A stretch of DNA of 63,789 nucleotides, filler included, from 9 parts of 9 records of this genome joined end to end with filler, not necessarily neighbours in it, one strand, 5' to 3'. Positions 46,672-58,530 are shown, counted from the first letter of the whole stretch. The notes: a model not told the origin generated them from the letters alone. Numbers and translations are program-made.

Positions 46672-49429
46672 TTACACGTTATTAGTAACATCGGTTCTCT
46701 GGGTGCTCTGTCCGCTCTTCTCCGGATCCGACGAGATCGCCCGCAGCTGCTGCTTCCTCCGCTTGTACTCCACCTCGTCTATCTCGCCGGCACTGCGCAG
46801 CTTGCGCAGATCGTCCAGTCGGGCCCGCTTCTCTTCCTTGGAGATCGACTCTTGGATCGAGGGCAGCGGCAGCTCGAGCTTGTCGTCAGGAGGCGGCCCC
46901 GCCTCGCCCATGATCAAGTTCGGAGTCACGCCGGCCTCGGACGGCGTGTCCTTGCTGAGCAGGTCTGTGTTCTCTGTCAGATCGTCGGCTGTGGGCGCGT
47001 CTTCCAGTGTCTCAAACAGTCGGACGGTGGCATGTCCCATCACCTCGATTTCGGGAATGCTGGTGGTGAAGATCACAGTCTTTCGCTTCCTGGAGCCTCA
47101 CCAGTCAGTCAAGGCTGCGAGCGGTTAAGCACCTGGCATTAAAGTCGAGCTCGTCGTCGCACTCATACCCCAAGCCACGGTTGTCGATCATCGACTTGAG
47201 CACGCCGATCACCCTATCCCGACTCTCCTTACTGAGCACGTCGAGCGTGTTCGAGAGCAGAAGAACATCCACCGAACTGAGCAGCGCCCGTGCGAGCGAG
47301 ATCATCACCCGGTCGCTGTTGGACAGCCGCTCGCCGTGAATCCCAACCGTCCGGTCGCCATACTTTTGCTGGAGATGCCCAACCCCAAGATCCTCGCACA
47401 GCCCCCAGATGTGCTCCTCCTCAATCTCCTTCTGGTTGCCAAACCTCAGATTCTCGAGCACAGTCTTGTCGAAGATCGCAGGCTGGTCGGTTACGTATCT
47501 CACCCGCAGGTCTTCAGGGTACCAGAGGAAGCCCTTGGTCGGTATCAGGATCTTCCCGAGCAGCTTGAGCAGCGTCGCCTTGCCCACGCCGTGCTCCGCG
47601 CTCACGGCGATCATCCCTCCTTGGTCGATCACCAACCAAATCGGCCCCATCGCCGGGCCTTCCTCGTTCACCTGGGTGTAAGCATGCTCCACCCCGGCGA
47701 ACACGATCTGGTCCTCGTCGAAGTCCGAGTGCGCCGCCTGGTGCTCGGCAAGGCTCTTGACCCGGTCCTCCCTCTGCTGCAGCAAGGCCTTCCGCCGGGT
47801 GGGTGCGTTGAGCATGGCAGCCACCGACTTGATCACTGCGTACCCGTTGACCATTTGCATCACAGAACCGAAGAGCGAGAGCACCTGGTAGTCGAAGTTG
47901 AAGATGGTCATGATCAGCACCACAAAGTCCCCGTACTTCATGTTGTTATCGATAGCCTCGTGCGTCGCTACGACGAACACGACCGCTGCAAGCGCCTTGT
48001 GGAACCACTTGACAATCCAGCAGGTGCGCAGATTGTAGCTCTCCTCCACTCCACCGGTCTCGTCCGACTGCGAGTGAATCCGGTTGAACTGCTGGCACAC
48101 TTGGCCGCCCATCCGGTGGCTGGTGATACAGTTCCGGAGCTCAGTTGATTCAGCAGTCAAATCCCTCCACTCGCGCGACTCCTCGTGGAAAGCTTGGTAC
48201 AGCAGCGCCTGCTGAGGGGCCCGGCAGTAGAAGACCACAAGGTCGAACGCAAGCATGACGATCGGGAAAGCCACCAGCCAGGCCTGCTTGCGCACCGTGA
48301 AAATGATTATGCACATCATGGTGAGCACGACCAGAAGGTTCTGCCAGAGCTCAAACAGGTTGAGCCAGACCAGCTCGACGGTCTTGGCCAGCCCGTGCCC
48401 CATCAGGTCGACCACCTCGCTCCACGGGAATTGCTGCTGCGCATCCATCGTGAGCTGCAAGTTGCTGTTGAGCACCGACGTCCTCAGGTGTGCCCTCGCC
48501 TTGCCGCCGAGCCCGAGCCCGTGGCACAGCTCCTGGACCACCACCTCCACGAATCCGTTCATCACGTACAGCGCGGCCAGCAGCCAGAGTCCTGTGTGCG
48601 AGTCCTCGGGTATCACTGTGTCCACGGTCACCAGCAGCACCAGCGTGTTTATCAGCCAGCCGACCGCAGGGTAGCTCTGTCCCCGCACCCTCATTGGCGG
48701 CCGGGCGCGGGCCTCGCCTTGCACAGCAGGGCGAGCAGCGTTTCGTCCGGGAAATAGTTGGCCATGTGACGGAGGAATCCCGATACCATCCTCAGCTGGT
48801 TGTCAGTCTCTTCAACCTGCGAAGGGAACGCATCCTGCGCACGAGCTCAGCCGACCCGTCGGGCCCAGCGGCACGCGCCTCGTTCAGGATGACCACGGTG
48901 GTGGACTTGAGCTGGCCGAGCGCGCAGTTGACCGGGCTGCGGGTCGGAATCAGGGCCGGCGGGGGGTAGGGCTGCCTGTGCAGGTGGACGTGCTGAATCG
49001 CCTCCATGTTCCATACATCGTTCTGCTTGATCTCCAACGGGAACGACCGATCGAACTCGCCCTGGTGCATGGTGAGCACCCCGGCGAACTCGCGGTAGCT
49101 TTCTTTGATCACGCTCATGTTTTCGGTCTTCCATTGGACCGAGACGTCGCCTCTCCCGAGCCCCTTGCGCACCACCTCGATCTGAATGCTCCCCGCGTCC
49201 TCGCTGCAGAGCTGCTCCACAACCCGGAACGACACCTACCCCCCCCGTCCGCCCCGGCCGTGCTATATCCCACCGTGTCCTTCTCGAGCTGCGGCGGCGG
49301 CTGCTTGCTCTTCACCAGCGGGAGCCCGCCTTTAGTGAGGACCGGCTCGCTCAGGTGCGGCACCCGAACCTCGGCCCGCACCCGCCGGATCTGCCCGGAG
49401 GCCTCGATCACCGCCGGCAAGCTGCTCAT
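46672..49429 (-). CDS. Calx-beta domain plus ABC half-transporter (TMD plus degenerate NBD), multi-exon
   Basis: Calx-beta (CSEDAGSIQIEVVRKG..VSVQWKTEN..GVLTM..EIKQND); about 6 TM helices; NBD with SAEHGVGKAT, TVLENLRFG, LSNSDR and VDVLLLSN. Confidence 0.85.
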
Positions 49430-49519
49430 CGCCTCACAGCAGACCGTGTTGCCAAACCATTCGCAATTTTCGGTGAATCGCAACGGCAGCTCATCAGCAG
49501 CTGCAGCCAGCCTGTGGCG

Positions 49520-49835
49520 ATGACTGGCACCGGGCGGGCTCGGGGGGCGCTGGCAGTGGTGCTCGGGGAGCGCGGGCGGGCGGGAGCGGGCGGGGCAGAT
49601 GTCGGTGGTGTGCGCGGGATGCGTCTGGATGATCCACGACCAGCAGAACAAGGACAGAGCGGTGCGTGCCCAGCCGGGGCGCCTGGCCAGCCGCGCGCAG
49701 CGCGCGCGCAAGGGAGTGCTGGCCGAGATCGAGCAGGAGCAGCGGCAGCTGATCGACGGTGCCCGGCCCAGGAAATGGGCAGCGCTGACTCGCCGGGCAG
49801 CCCAGAGGCAGGCCGGGGGGGAGCCGGGCCGATGA
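49520..49835 (+). CDS. PET117: PET117-like cytochrome c oxidase assembly factor
   Basis: Spliced MTGTGRARGALAV|MSVVCAGCVWMIHDQQNKDRA|RARKGVLAEIEQEQ matches the Pet117 pattern vHxxQxxDrxxlrxGV; three micro-introns. Confidence 0.7.
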
Positions 49836-50133
49836 CAACGGGGGAGCGAGCCGAGTAGAGCTGTGGTAGAGCTGTGGNNNNNNNNNNNNNNNNNNNNNNN
49901 NNNNNNNNNNNNNNNNNNNNNTTAATTAATTAANNNNNNNNNNNNNNNNNNNNNNNNNNNNNNNNNNNNNNNNNNNNTGAGAGCGGCGGGCTGCTGGACG
50001 GGCTGCGAGTGGTCGAGCCTGCGCAATCCAAAAGTCCGTTGCCATCCGGCTTCGAGCCCTCCAGAGCACGCCGGCCCGAGACACAGTTGAGGTGAGCCGG
50101 TCGGCGGGCGGGCAGAGTGAGCCGCTCCCAGGA

Positions 50134-51468
50134 ATGCCGGTGTACGAGTGCCGTCGGCCGTGGCCGGTGCATGCGGTCGGGTTCAAGCGGGGCGGCTGGA
50201 CGATGCAGCACAAGCGGCGCGGACCGGTCGACTGCGTGCTGGCCGCGTTGGCCAGCAGCGGGCCCCGCCTCGAGAACCGCGTGGACATAGGTGCGCGCCC
50301 GGTCGGCCCGGCCAGCCCGGGGCAGTGGCGGTGCCGCGGCGGAGCGAGCCTGTGGTAGAGGATGGGGCCGTGGAGCTGGTCGAGCCGGTCCTCTCGTTCG
50401 CCCACCCGCACCCGACCACAAAGCTGCTCTGGTCCCCAAACCCGCGCGATCAAAACAGGCTGGCCACCGCCGGCCAGCAGCTCCGGCTGTGGCAGTTTGA
50501 GCCCAGCGGCTCGGGCCCTTCGCTCTCCGGAGAGCTGCTTGACCAGCCCTCGGTCCGGAGCGGCTGGGAGTCTCAGTCCGATCAGGCCCCGATCGCCGCC
50601 ATTGTGAGCGCTCGGGCGACCAGTCTGATCGGCGGGCCAGGCGGGCGACGGGGGGCCGGTGATCTCGTTTGATTGGGCTGAGGCTGCGACCGACCGGGTT
50701 GTGGTCTGTGGCCTGGCTGGCTCAGACGAGGCCAACTACAGCGTCTGGTCGCTCGGAGGAGAGCCGCGCAAGGAGTTCCAGCTGGGCCCGGCTGGTCTCC
50801 AGACCGACTTCTACGACGTGCGCCCCGGCCGGGCGCCGTCGAGCGGTGGGCGCAGGTCGGGTTCCAGCCTGGGAGCGAGGGACATGTTGCGGTCGCGGCG
50901 TACAAACATCAGGCCGGCCAAAGCGGGCTGATGCTCGTGGACGATCGGCAGCCGGAGCCGGTGCCGGTGCAGGCCCAGTCGGGCGGGCTGCCGGTGAGCC
51001 TGGACGGGTTAACTAAGCTGCACTGGAACCCTACTGTGGGCAGCCAGCTGTCCTGCTCGCGCCCGGGTGAGCTGCTAGTGGGCGACCTGCGGGGCAGCCA
51101 GCTCTGGGTCTCGCAAAACAAGCTCACCGCGACCGCCGGGGCCGCCTGGCTGCCCAAGCTAGTGCAGGGCGAGGCGGGCGAGCCCGAGGCTCGTATGATT
51201 TCAGTGTCTACTCGACCTGGGAGCAACCCTTACCTCTGGAGGGTGTACGGAGAGCCGAGCGAGCTGCTGCTGCGCGAAGACCACTACCTGGCGCTGGGCA
51301 ACTCGCTCGACGGGGACAACCTGCCCACCAACGTCCAGTGGTGCCACGACGACGAGCGCTTCCTGGCGCTCGTGTTCAGCCACAAGATGCAGGTTTACTG
51401 CCGAGCCGGAGCCGGCTTGAGCAGCGGGGTAGGTGTTGGATGTGGGGCAGTTGCTCATGTACAACTGA
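50134..51468 (+). CDS. Divergent DCAF7/WDR68-like WD40 protein, multi-exon
   Basis: YECRRPWPVHAV, ENRVDI, FAHPHPTTKLLW, LATAGQQLRLW and API..FDW parallel the DCAF7 N-terminal motifs. Confidence 0.75.
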
Positions 51469-51629
51469 ACACGACTGCACGTCGCATGAGCTTATTGCAT
51501 AAGTATCATATGGGATATCTATTGAAACGACACATTCTTTTAGTTTAAACGGCGACTTATTTGTGGCAAAACTGAGCCTTATATTCGCAAAGTTGGCCTT
51601 GACAGCCAAGCAGTCCAAGCTATAAGTGC

Positions 51630-53000
51630 TCACGCCTTCGAGTCGTCTTGCGTCATGACGTATCCGCCTTGATTCATCTTCTGCGTGCCATATCCCTTCG
51701 CTGCCAGCCGTTGGCCGACTGCATTCGCCATCACCACGCTCCGATAGGCGAGGCCCTTGGTCTGCGCTATAATAGTCTCGTACACCCCGGCGTGCTGGGT
51801 GCCCATCACCACGTGGTTGGAGCGCGAGTCGATCTTGGCGTCGAGCGAGGCGTTCCGGACCAGGTTGACGATCCACTTCTCGGCTTGGTTAGGATCCTCC
51901 ATGTGAAGCTTCTGCGCCAGCATCCCAATGTCAATCTTCCGGTGGATCCTGCAGTAGGTCTCAAAGATAAACACCCGGGCGTTCTCCAAAAAGTCCTCGC
52001 GCAGGTCCCGCAGGAAGTAATCGTTCTCAATCGCCTTCTCGCACTCTCCCAGCTGGATCTGAGCCTGATCAAAGTCAAAGTCTACGTACAGACACTCGAT
52101 AAACTGAGTGACCGGGTCCTGGTAGGTGTACTGCTCCTGCTGGATCACCTTGACCAGGTCCTTGAGCAGATTCCGCCTCCGCTTGTTGCAGATGACTGCA
52201 CTCGTAAGGTACCGCAGCACATGAGGGCAGTTGGTCTGGATTGTATTCAGGTAGCGTTCGCTAAAGCACAGATCTATCATCCCGTTCCGGCCCCGCTCTG
52301 CCACCGGGTGCTTGAAATAGACAAACAGACTCCAGTGGATCAGCCACGAGCGCTGCTGCAGCTGCTCCAGGTGTGAAAGGTTGCTCCTTGCATCGATTGC
52401 CTCCCGCAATTTGGTCAGGTCCTCAATCGCCACGTCCCAGTTGCCCATCAAGATCTCCGCCGCCAACTTGCCCCACAGCGAACTCAGCTTGCTCGCCTCG
52501 TCCTGCCCTACTAGCCAGTAGTGCGCCAGCAACGCAGACGCGTCCTCGTAAGCCCCGCATTCGAACTGAATCTTGCCATAGTTGTACAGGGCCTCGATCT
52601 GCTCCGGGAGGATCTGGTGGGCCTCCTGCAGGTAGCTCGGGTTGAACAGCTTCTCCATCCGCAGCTGCTTGACCACCGCCTGGTCCTGGAGCAAGTCGAG
52701 CATAGGCTTGCACCGCTCCTTGGCCGCCGGGATGTCCTTGACGATCTGTTCCCGGCGCTCGGTCAGGTCAGCCGGGACCTGCTGGCCCGGGTGGAGCTGC
52801 TTGAAGATCTCCTGGGCCGAGTCGGCCATGTTGGTCCGCTTGAGCAGCTCGAGCTTTGCCTGGACCAACTCGACCGCCGGCTTGCTCGGGTCGGCCGGGT
52901 CGGCGTACACCTTGTGCTCGGCCAGAAAGTCCAGGATCGGGATCATCAGGTGCGCGTCCAGGAACTGGCCCACCTCGGACGACAAATCATACGCAGACAT
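51630..53000 (-). CDS. EIF3E: Translation initiation factor 3 subunit E, intronless
   Basis: MSAYDL..FLDAHL, SSLWGKLAAEIL, LQQRSWLIHWSLFVYF, IFETYCRIH and WIVNLVRNASLDAKIDS. Confidence 0.97.
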   Translation of the reverse strand: MSAYDLSSEVGQFLDAHLMIPILDFLAEHKVYADPADPSKPAVELVQAKLELLKRTNMADSAQEIFKQLHPGQQVPADLTERREQIVKDIPAAKERCKPMLDLLQDQAVVKQLRMEKLFNPSYLQEAHQILPEQIEALYNYGKIQFECGAYEDASALLAHYWLVGQDEASKLSSLWGKLAAEILMGNWDVAIEDLTKLREAIDARSNLSHLEQLQQRSWLIHWSLFVYFKHPVAERGRNGMIDLCFSERYLNTIQTNCPHVLRYLTSAVICNKRRRNLLKDLVKVIQQEQYTYQDPVTQFIECLYVDFDFDQAQIQLGECEKAIENDYFLRDLREDFLENARVFIFETYCRIHRKIDIGMLAQKLHMEDPNQAEKWIVNLVRNASLDAKIDSRSNHVVMGTQHAGVYETIIAQTKGLAYRSVVMANAVGQRLAAKGYGTQKMNQGGYVMTQDDSKA

Positions 53001-53110
53001 CTTTGGTGTTGAGAGAGCGGACACCAACCCGGCGCGTCGTGCCACGAGCGAGCTTCGGCGCGTAGAGAAAGAAATGAAAAATCGAGGAAAAAGCTGCAGT
53101 GCGAAGAGAC

Positions 53111-53460
53111 ATGGAGAGCCCACCGATTCCGGGCAGGCCGGCTGGGGATGCTGGGGCCAGCCGGCCGGGGCAGGCTTCGAGGTGGCGCGCGAGCTGGGCC
53201 GGGGGCACGGGCAGCCGGTGCTGCTCTGCACCCGAGCCGAGGACGGCCGCCAGTTCGCGGTCAAGCAGTTCTCCAAGCGGGCGCTCCGCCGGCGGTGCCG
53301 CCCCGCCCTCGGGGCAGGCCGACCGGGGGCAGCCGGCGCGGGCCGGGGCACGACCCGGAGGCGGAGGTCCGGAGGGAGATCGCGATCATGAAGCGCGTGG
53401 CGCACCCGAACTGCGTGCGGCTCGAGGCAGTGATCGAGCATGAGCAGACGCTATACCTCG
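53111..53460 (+). CDS. Protein kinase N-lobe (CAMK/CAMKK-like), 3' truncated
   Basis: FEVARELGRG, FAVK and VRREIAIMKRVAHPNCVRLEAVI, across two micro-introns. Confidence 0.85.
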
Positions 53461-53583
53461 GTGCCCGGGCCGGGGGGGGGGGGNNNNNNNNNNNNNNNNN
53501 NNNNNNNNNNNNNNNNNNNNNNNNNNNTTAATTAATTAANNNNNNNNNNNNNNNNNNNNNNNNNNNNNNNNNNNNNNNNNNNN

Positions 53584-56500
53584 CGAGGCTCGGAATCCCT
53601 GACAAGGCTCCGGGCGGATGGGTGACAAAGCTCGAGCTGGCCACACTGATTCAGGACACCTCCAGCCTAGTTGAGCTATCCAGGCCGCCCGCGATCGCTG
53701 AGCTGAGAGACTTTGAGCAGCTGGTCAACAAGTTTAGCACATCTTACGGCCCGACTGCTGCTCTAGGGCTGCTCACGCTCATCCGGCGGCGGCTGCACAA
53801 CTGCCAAGTGTCCGGGCTGGCCAGGGCGCGCGTGCCAGTCGAGCTAGAGGCTGCCCGCCAGCCGCACCAGGAGGATCTGGCCAGTCCTCTCCAGCGGGTG
53901 TATGGAGGAGGGCGGCAGGCCGGAGTTTTTGTCGCAGTGGCTGGGCTGCTTTCAGAGCTTTTGGACTCAAAGCAGCCGACCACACACGAATGGGTGCCAA
54001 TGCTGTATGGATACCAGGAGCTGGTGCAGCCGTCCACTGGGCTGATGGTAACCGGATTCCACGGCTTTTGATGTATAACTGACGGCAGGTGCTGGATTGG
54101 CTTCAGCCGATCGCGACCAAGTTTGGATTCTTCTGGGCTGGACTGCTCGCGCGGCAGGTCCAGCCGGGCCGTCCCAAGCGCGTCTGACAGAGCCCAACTT
54201 ACAGATCGTCCATCGGCTCAACTGCAAGGGCTCTGGGCGGGCCAGCTCGCCGGGCTCGAGCCGATCCGGGTCGGTCCCGTCGCTTGGTCGAGTATCGCTC
54301 ACCTCGTCGGTGGCTTGCCGAGCCCGGGCCGCTTTTTATGGCTGGGGCAGATGCCTGCAGCCGGCGAGGAGTTCCAGCCAGTCCAGCTGCGGCAGATTGA
54401 GGAGCTGTTCAGGTGGCGCTTAGGCCGACAGAGGGCCAAGCGGTGCGGACGCAGGCACGGAGACGTGAACGGGAATGGGATGCTGGACAAGGCAGCCATT
54501 CGTCAACGTGATGATGATATGATTACTAATGTGCTGCTGGCGTGCAGGTAGAGCTGTTGCTCTTCTTTGGAGGCGACGCTGATCGGATGATGGTCAAACT
54601 TGACACAAACGACGACGGACAGGCTCCTGTTGGGCCGGGCAAGTTTATTGATAACCGGGGCAGGTGTCGATGGCCGAGTGGATTCAATTCATGGCCCAGC
54701 TCAAGCACCAACGGGGCGACGCCTTCCTCAACTCGATCATTAGGCCCTGGCCAGCCTCTGGTCAGGCTCACTCTGCAGCAGGTTTTGGCAATCACGAACG
54801 CATGAGACGCTCAGATCTATCAACGCAGACCAAGCCGGCCCGAGCCCACTCGACCGCTCCGAAGCCACCCGGCAGCCCCGGGCGTGTGCACAACTCACTG
54901 GCTCGTCCAGGCTGGCCGCGCTGTACTCGTCGGCAATGCAGCTGGACCCGACCATCTTTGGCCGAGTGAGCGCCTCGGGGCTGTTTGTAGCGCTGGGTGG
55001 AGACGTCCAGCAGTTTCTTTCGGAGCTTGTGATCCAGCCTGACGGCACGGTGCGCCAGACTGCCTTCCCCCCCGAGCGCCGGGCTAGGTCCGGTTCTGTG
55101 ACTTTCTCAAGCTTATGCGGAGATTTAAAGCCGAGTCAGGAGGTATGTGACTTGTTCGAGCTGGGCGTCTGCCTGTGACCTGGGCCAGGCACGATGCTCA
55201 CTAGTGCGCTCGAGCTCTTCGAGAAAAGAGTGGCTGAGGCCGCCGAGGCCAAGGCTAAACGCAAGGCTCGCAAGTTGCCTGGTGGATTCAGCTGGTTGGT
55301 GTGCATTAAGTACGGGGTGCAGAGTCGCTCAGACTGAGGATGGGCGCTCTGTACAAGCAGACGTGCGCGCTGCTGGCAACTGGCCAGGACGAGACCAGCC
55401 TGGACTCTGCTGTGCTGAATGTGGCATTCGGACGGGTCTTCCCCAGTCTCAAGGGCCAGGTGAGCAGCAGCAGTAGTAGTGGAGTGTTCCCAGGCCTGAG
55501 AAATGAGGTGACAGGTGCGGCTGGATGACTGGCTCGCGTTTGGCACTGAGGTTCGCAAGGACCACGGCGAGATGTTGCTGCACTATCTGATAAGGCAATC
55601 ATTAATATCATTGATCATGTTCAAATGTCAAGTCAGGTTCATCGAGGCCCGCAGCAAACAGCTCCGCGCATGCTTGCAGCTTGAGCCTATCCCTGAGCAC
55701 CAGCTGGCGCTGCTCGTGGAGGAGCTGTTTGGGGCCATCTGCACTGGGCAGCCTGCGAGCGTTGGGCGAGCCGAACTGCTACAGCTATCCAGTGAGGAGA
55801 TGCTCGACCCGAAGCGGTGGCCGGCCTGCTGGTGAGTTGGGTCGGGGGTATTTCGAGCCGGCTTGGTAGGTATCCGTTGCTGACACTCCACGATACAAGC
55901 TCAGTCTCGCTCGCGCAGTTCCAGCAGCTCATTGACGCTCTTCAGGCGCGCCACCAGGCTCGCAACCGCTGAGCCTCGGCAGCCTGACGAGGGCAAATGG
56001 CAACCTGGTCAGCTGCACCGAATCCATGGGTGCAGCTCGGTACTTGCGAGCTGGCTCCACCAAATCAGGCAGATCTGGTGCCTTAGTTATCGGATGTCCA
56101 CTGAGCTCATCTGCAAGGTGTCGCCGACGATTGGAACACCGAGCAGTTCTTCCTGAACCGGACCGTGCGCGCGCGCTGCAGCTGTTTGCCAAGAGCAGTC
56201 AGGGCGAGCCTCAGCTCAGCCTTGCCTCGCTGGCTACAGCTGACTGGCTTGAGGCCGTGCCAGTGAGCAGCTCGATTGCTAATAATCCCTGGTGGTGATC
56301 TTGTTGCAGGATAAGGATCTAGACCTCTGGTTTGGGCTGGCGGGTGGCGGGCCGGTTTCAGAGCACTGTTGGCTGGCTGGGCTGGAGGCATCCAGGCCAT
56401 GTGGTGTGTGTGAGCCGGTCGCAGGTTCTACACGGGGAGGGCCGCGACGTGAGCGGCCAGCTCGACAAGATGAGCCAGGCTGCCGCAGAGTTCGAGCTCA

Positions 56501-57283
56501 GCTTGCAGGCACCCAAGCCCTTTGGAAATAATAGGATTATGCAACAGCTTGCAATAGCTTTTAGGTGGCCATAGCAGGTCAAGACTGAGCGTTGGTGGCA
56601 GGAGGTCATGATCACCAGCCCAGCCCCTGCACCCCGTTCGCCCCGCTCGGCTCAAGCGTCTGCCAAACTTGCGCCGGACGATTGCGGTTTGATTGTCCAG
56701 ATCTTCACGGCGCTCGACACAGACGAGGACGGGACTGTGTGGCTCAAGGACTTTGTGTATCGCTTTGGTGAAGACCGCTTTGAGCTTCTCCAGAGCCTGA
56801 TGCGAATCCAGAAGGCACTCACCTAGCATGCTGGCTGCTGACGTGGTCGCAGGATGAGCAGATCCAGCCGACGCTCAGTTGCGAGCGGTTCAAGCAGTTG
56901 TTTGAGCAGGCGGTCGAGCGAGGTTGCCCCCTGTCACAGGTGAGCGCCCAAGCAGCCCGCGGAGCTTACTCACCGCGCTTTGGTAGCTGCGGAGCTTCCT
57001 CACGATCCTAGTGGATAGTCTGCACAGGGAACGAGAGCGGCAGCACCGAGAGTCCAAGCCGCCGCCCAGTCCACCCGCTCAGCCTATCCGGCTGCCAGAG
57101 AGGATTCCTAGCCCGAGTGCTTCGATTACTACTACTGACAGTCACACGAACATCCGGACGAATGCCCGGACAAGCAAGTCTGGGCCGGTTGAGTGCTGCG
57201 CGTGCAGCTGCTTTGGGAGCAAGGACCCTAAAGATGACGATGTTGAATTCGACGAGTTTACAGACCACAGGGGTCAGAATTGA
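53584..57283 (+). CDS. Large multi-EF-hand protein, many exons, 5' truncated
   Basis: EF loops GDVNGNGMLDK, LDTNDDGQ|VSMAEW and LDTDEDGTVWLKDF; internal repeat QRGDAFLNSIIR|F and DHGEMLLHYLIR|F; many micro-introns. Confidence 0.75.
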
Positions 57284-57614
57284 TAAGTCGCAACAATAAG
57301 TGCAATATGAGGAGCATTGGGCGAGCGACTACAGTAGTTGAAATTCCATTTTTATGATTATATTGAATTAAATCTAGACTAATGCATAAATTTATCCATT
57401 CGAGATCTTGACATTCAAATTGGTCAACACCTCTAAAGTTTAACCGGTACTACTAATAAAGTACCGTACTTGATAATACCAACTGTCGTATTTTTACCGA
57501 CCCGTACCGGTACCAGTGGCGGCGTGCCGAGCACCCCGAGACAAGCTGGTGGGCGATCGCGCTCGGGACACCCCCTGGTAGTACTGAGAAGGGATCACGC
57601 TAAGGTCATTTGCG

Positions 57615-58451
57615 ATGGTCGAGCTGCACCAGCGACAAGTGCCGGCATGGGAAGCTGTCCGGGAGCCGTGCCCGCTGGGTCAGTGTTGCGATCTGGGCAA
57701 TTTTCTCGACCCCGCCCCGCCCCCGCCACTCGATCCGGCCCAGCTGGCTCAGACCCTGCGCAACGCCCAGGCCCGATGCGACGTCGACCTGCTCCCGCCC
57801 TACCCGCCAAAGAAGCGGACCCCACGGGCACTCGGGACGCTGGCGAGCAGTGCCAATATCCTGTGTATCATAGGCTCCATCGTGGCGGCCACTCATGTGT
57901 TGGCGCTCTCGCTGTTCAGACTGCCCACGGGGCTTTGGTGGCTGTGCGTCGTGCTGCTATACGCCCAGGCCGCGTGCGCGCTGACACTGCTCTGGCTGAT
58001 CGTATGTGGCAGCTCCGGTGAGATCGATCGGACAACTGAGAATGCTTTCCCGGTGCCGGAGGACCTGTTGGAGGCATTGGAGGATCCCGCGGTGCAGGCG
58101 GCGATAAGGCAGCCCGGGACGTGGATCTCTAATCCACAGGACCCTGAGAATGGCAGATCTTACTGTGTCCGCTGCTACCTGTGGCGGCCAAACAAGGGCC
58201 CCGCTGGGTTCAAGCCGCACCATTGCTCAGTGTGCCAGCGGTGCGTAACAGACTTTGATCACCACTGCGGATACTATGGACGGTGTGTCTCTGGGTTCAA
58301 GCCTTTCTTCTGGTCGAAGGAGTTTGACTGGAAGTTGTACCGACCGACAGGCAACTTCACATACTTTTGGGCGCTGCTCGGTGTGGCTGGCACGGGGGCG
58401 ATCACCGGTATTGTCTTTGTGGTGTGGGCGTTGGTGCTAAACTTCGGCTAA
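57615..58451 (+). CDS. DHHC palmitoyltransferase
   Basis: Two TM helices; YCVRCYLWRP..HHCSVCQRCVTDFDHHCGYYGRCV; C-terminal TM. Confidence 0.92.
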   Translation: MVELHQRQVPAWEAVREPCPLGQCCDLGNFLDPAPPPPLDPAQLAQTLRNAQARCDVDLLPPYPPKKRTPRALGTLASSANILCIIGSIVAATHVLALSLFRLPTGLWWLCVVLLYAQAACALTLLWLIVCGSSGEIDRTTENAFPVPEDLLEALEDPAVQAAIRQPGTWISNPQDPENGRSYCVRCYLWRPNKGPAGFKPHHCSVCQRCVTDFDHHCGYYGRCVSGFKPFFWSKEFDWKLYRPTGNFTYFWALLGVAGTGAITGIVFVVWALVLNFG

Positions 58452-58530
58452 CCCTAAGGTCCCCTAAATACTTCGGTAAAGATACGGTAGATGTTTATTC
58501 ATAGATCAGCCCAGTGTGCCGTATCGTGTG

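Noticed and set aside
53001-53441. Long N-terminal extensions on EIF3E (603-aa ORF) and on the GTPase (541-aa ORF, 23494-24093)
   Set aside because: They are antisense read-through of the divergent kinase and DRAP1 genes; the likely starts are at 53000 and 23493.
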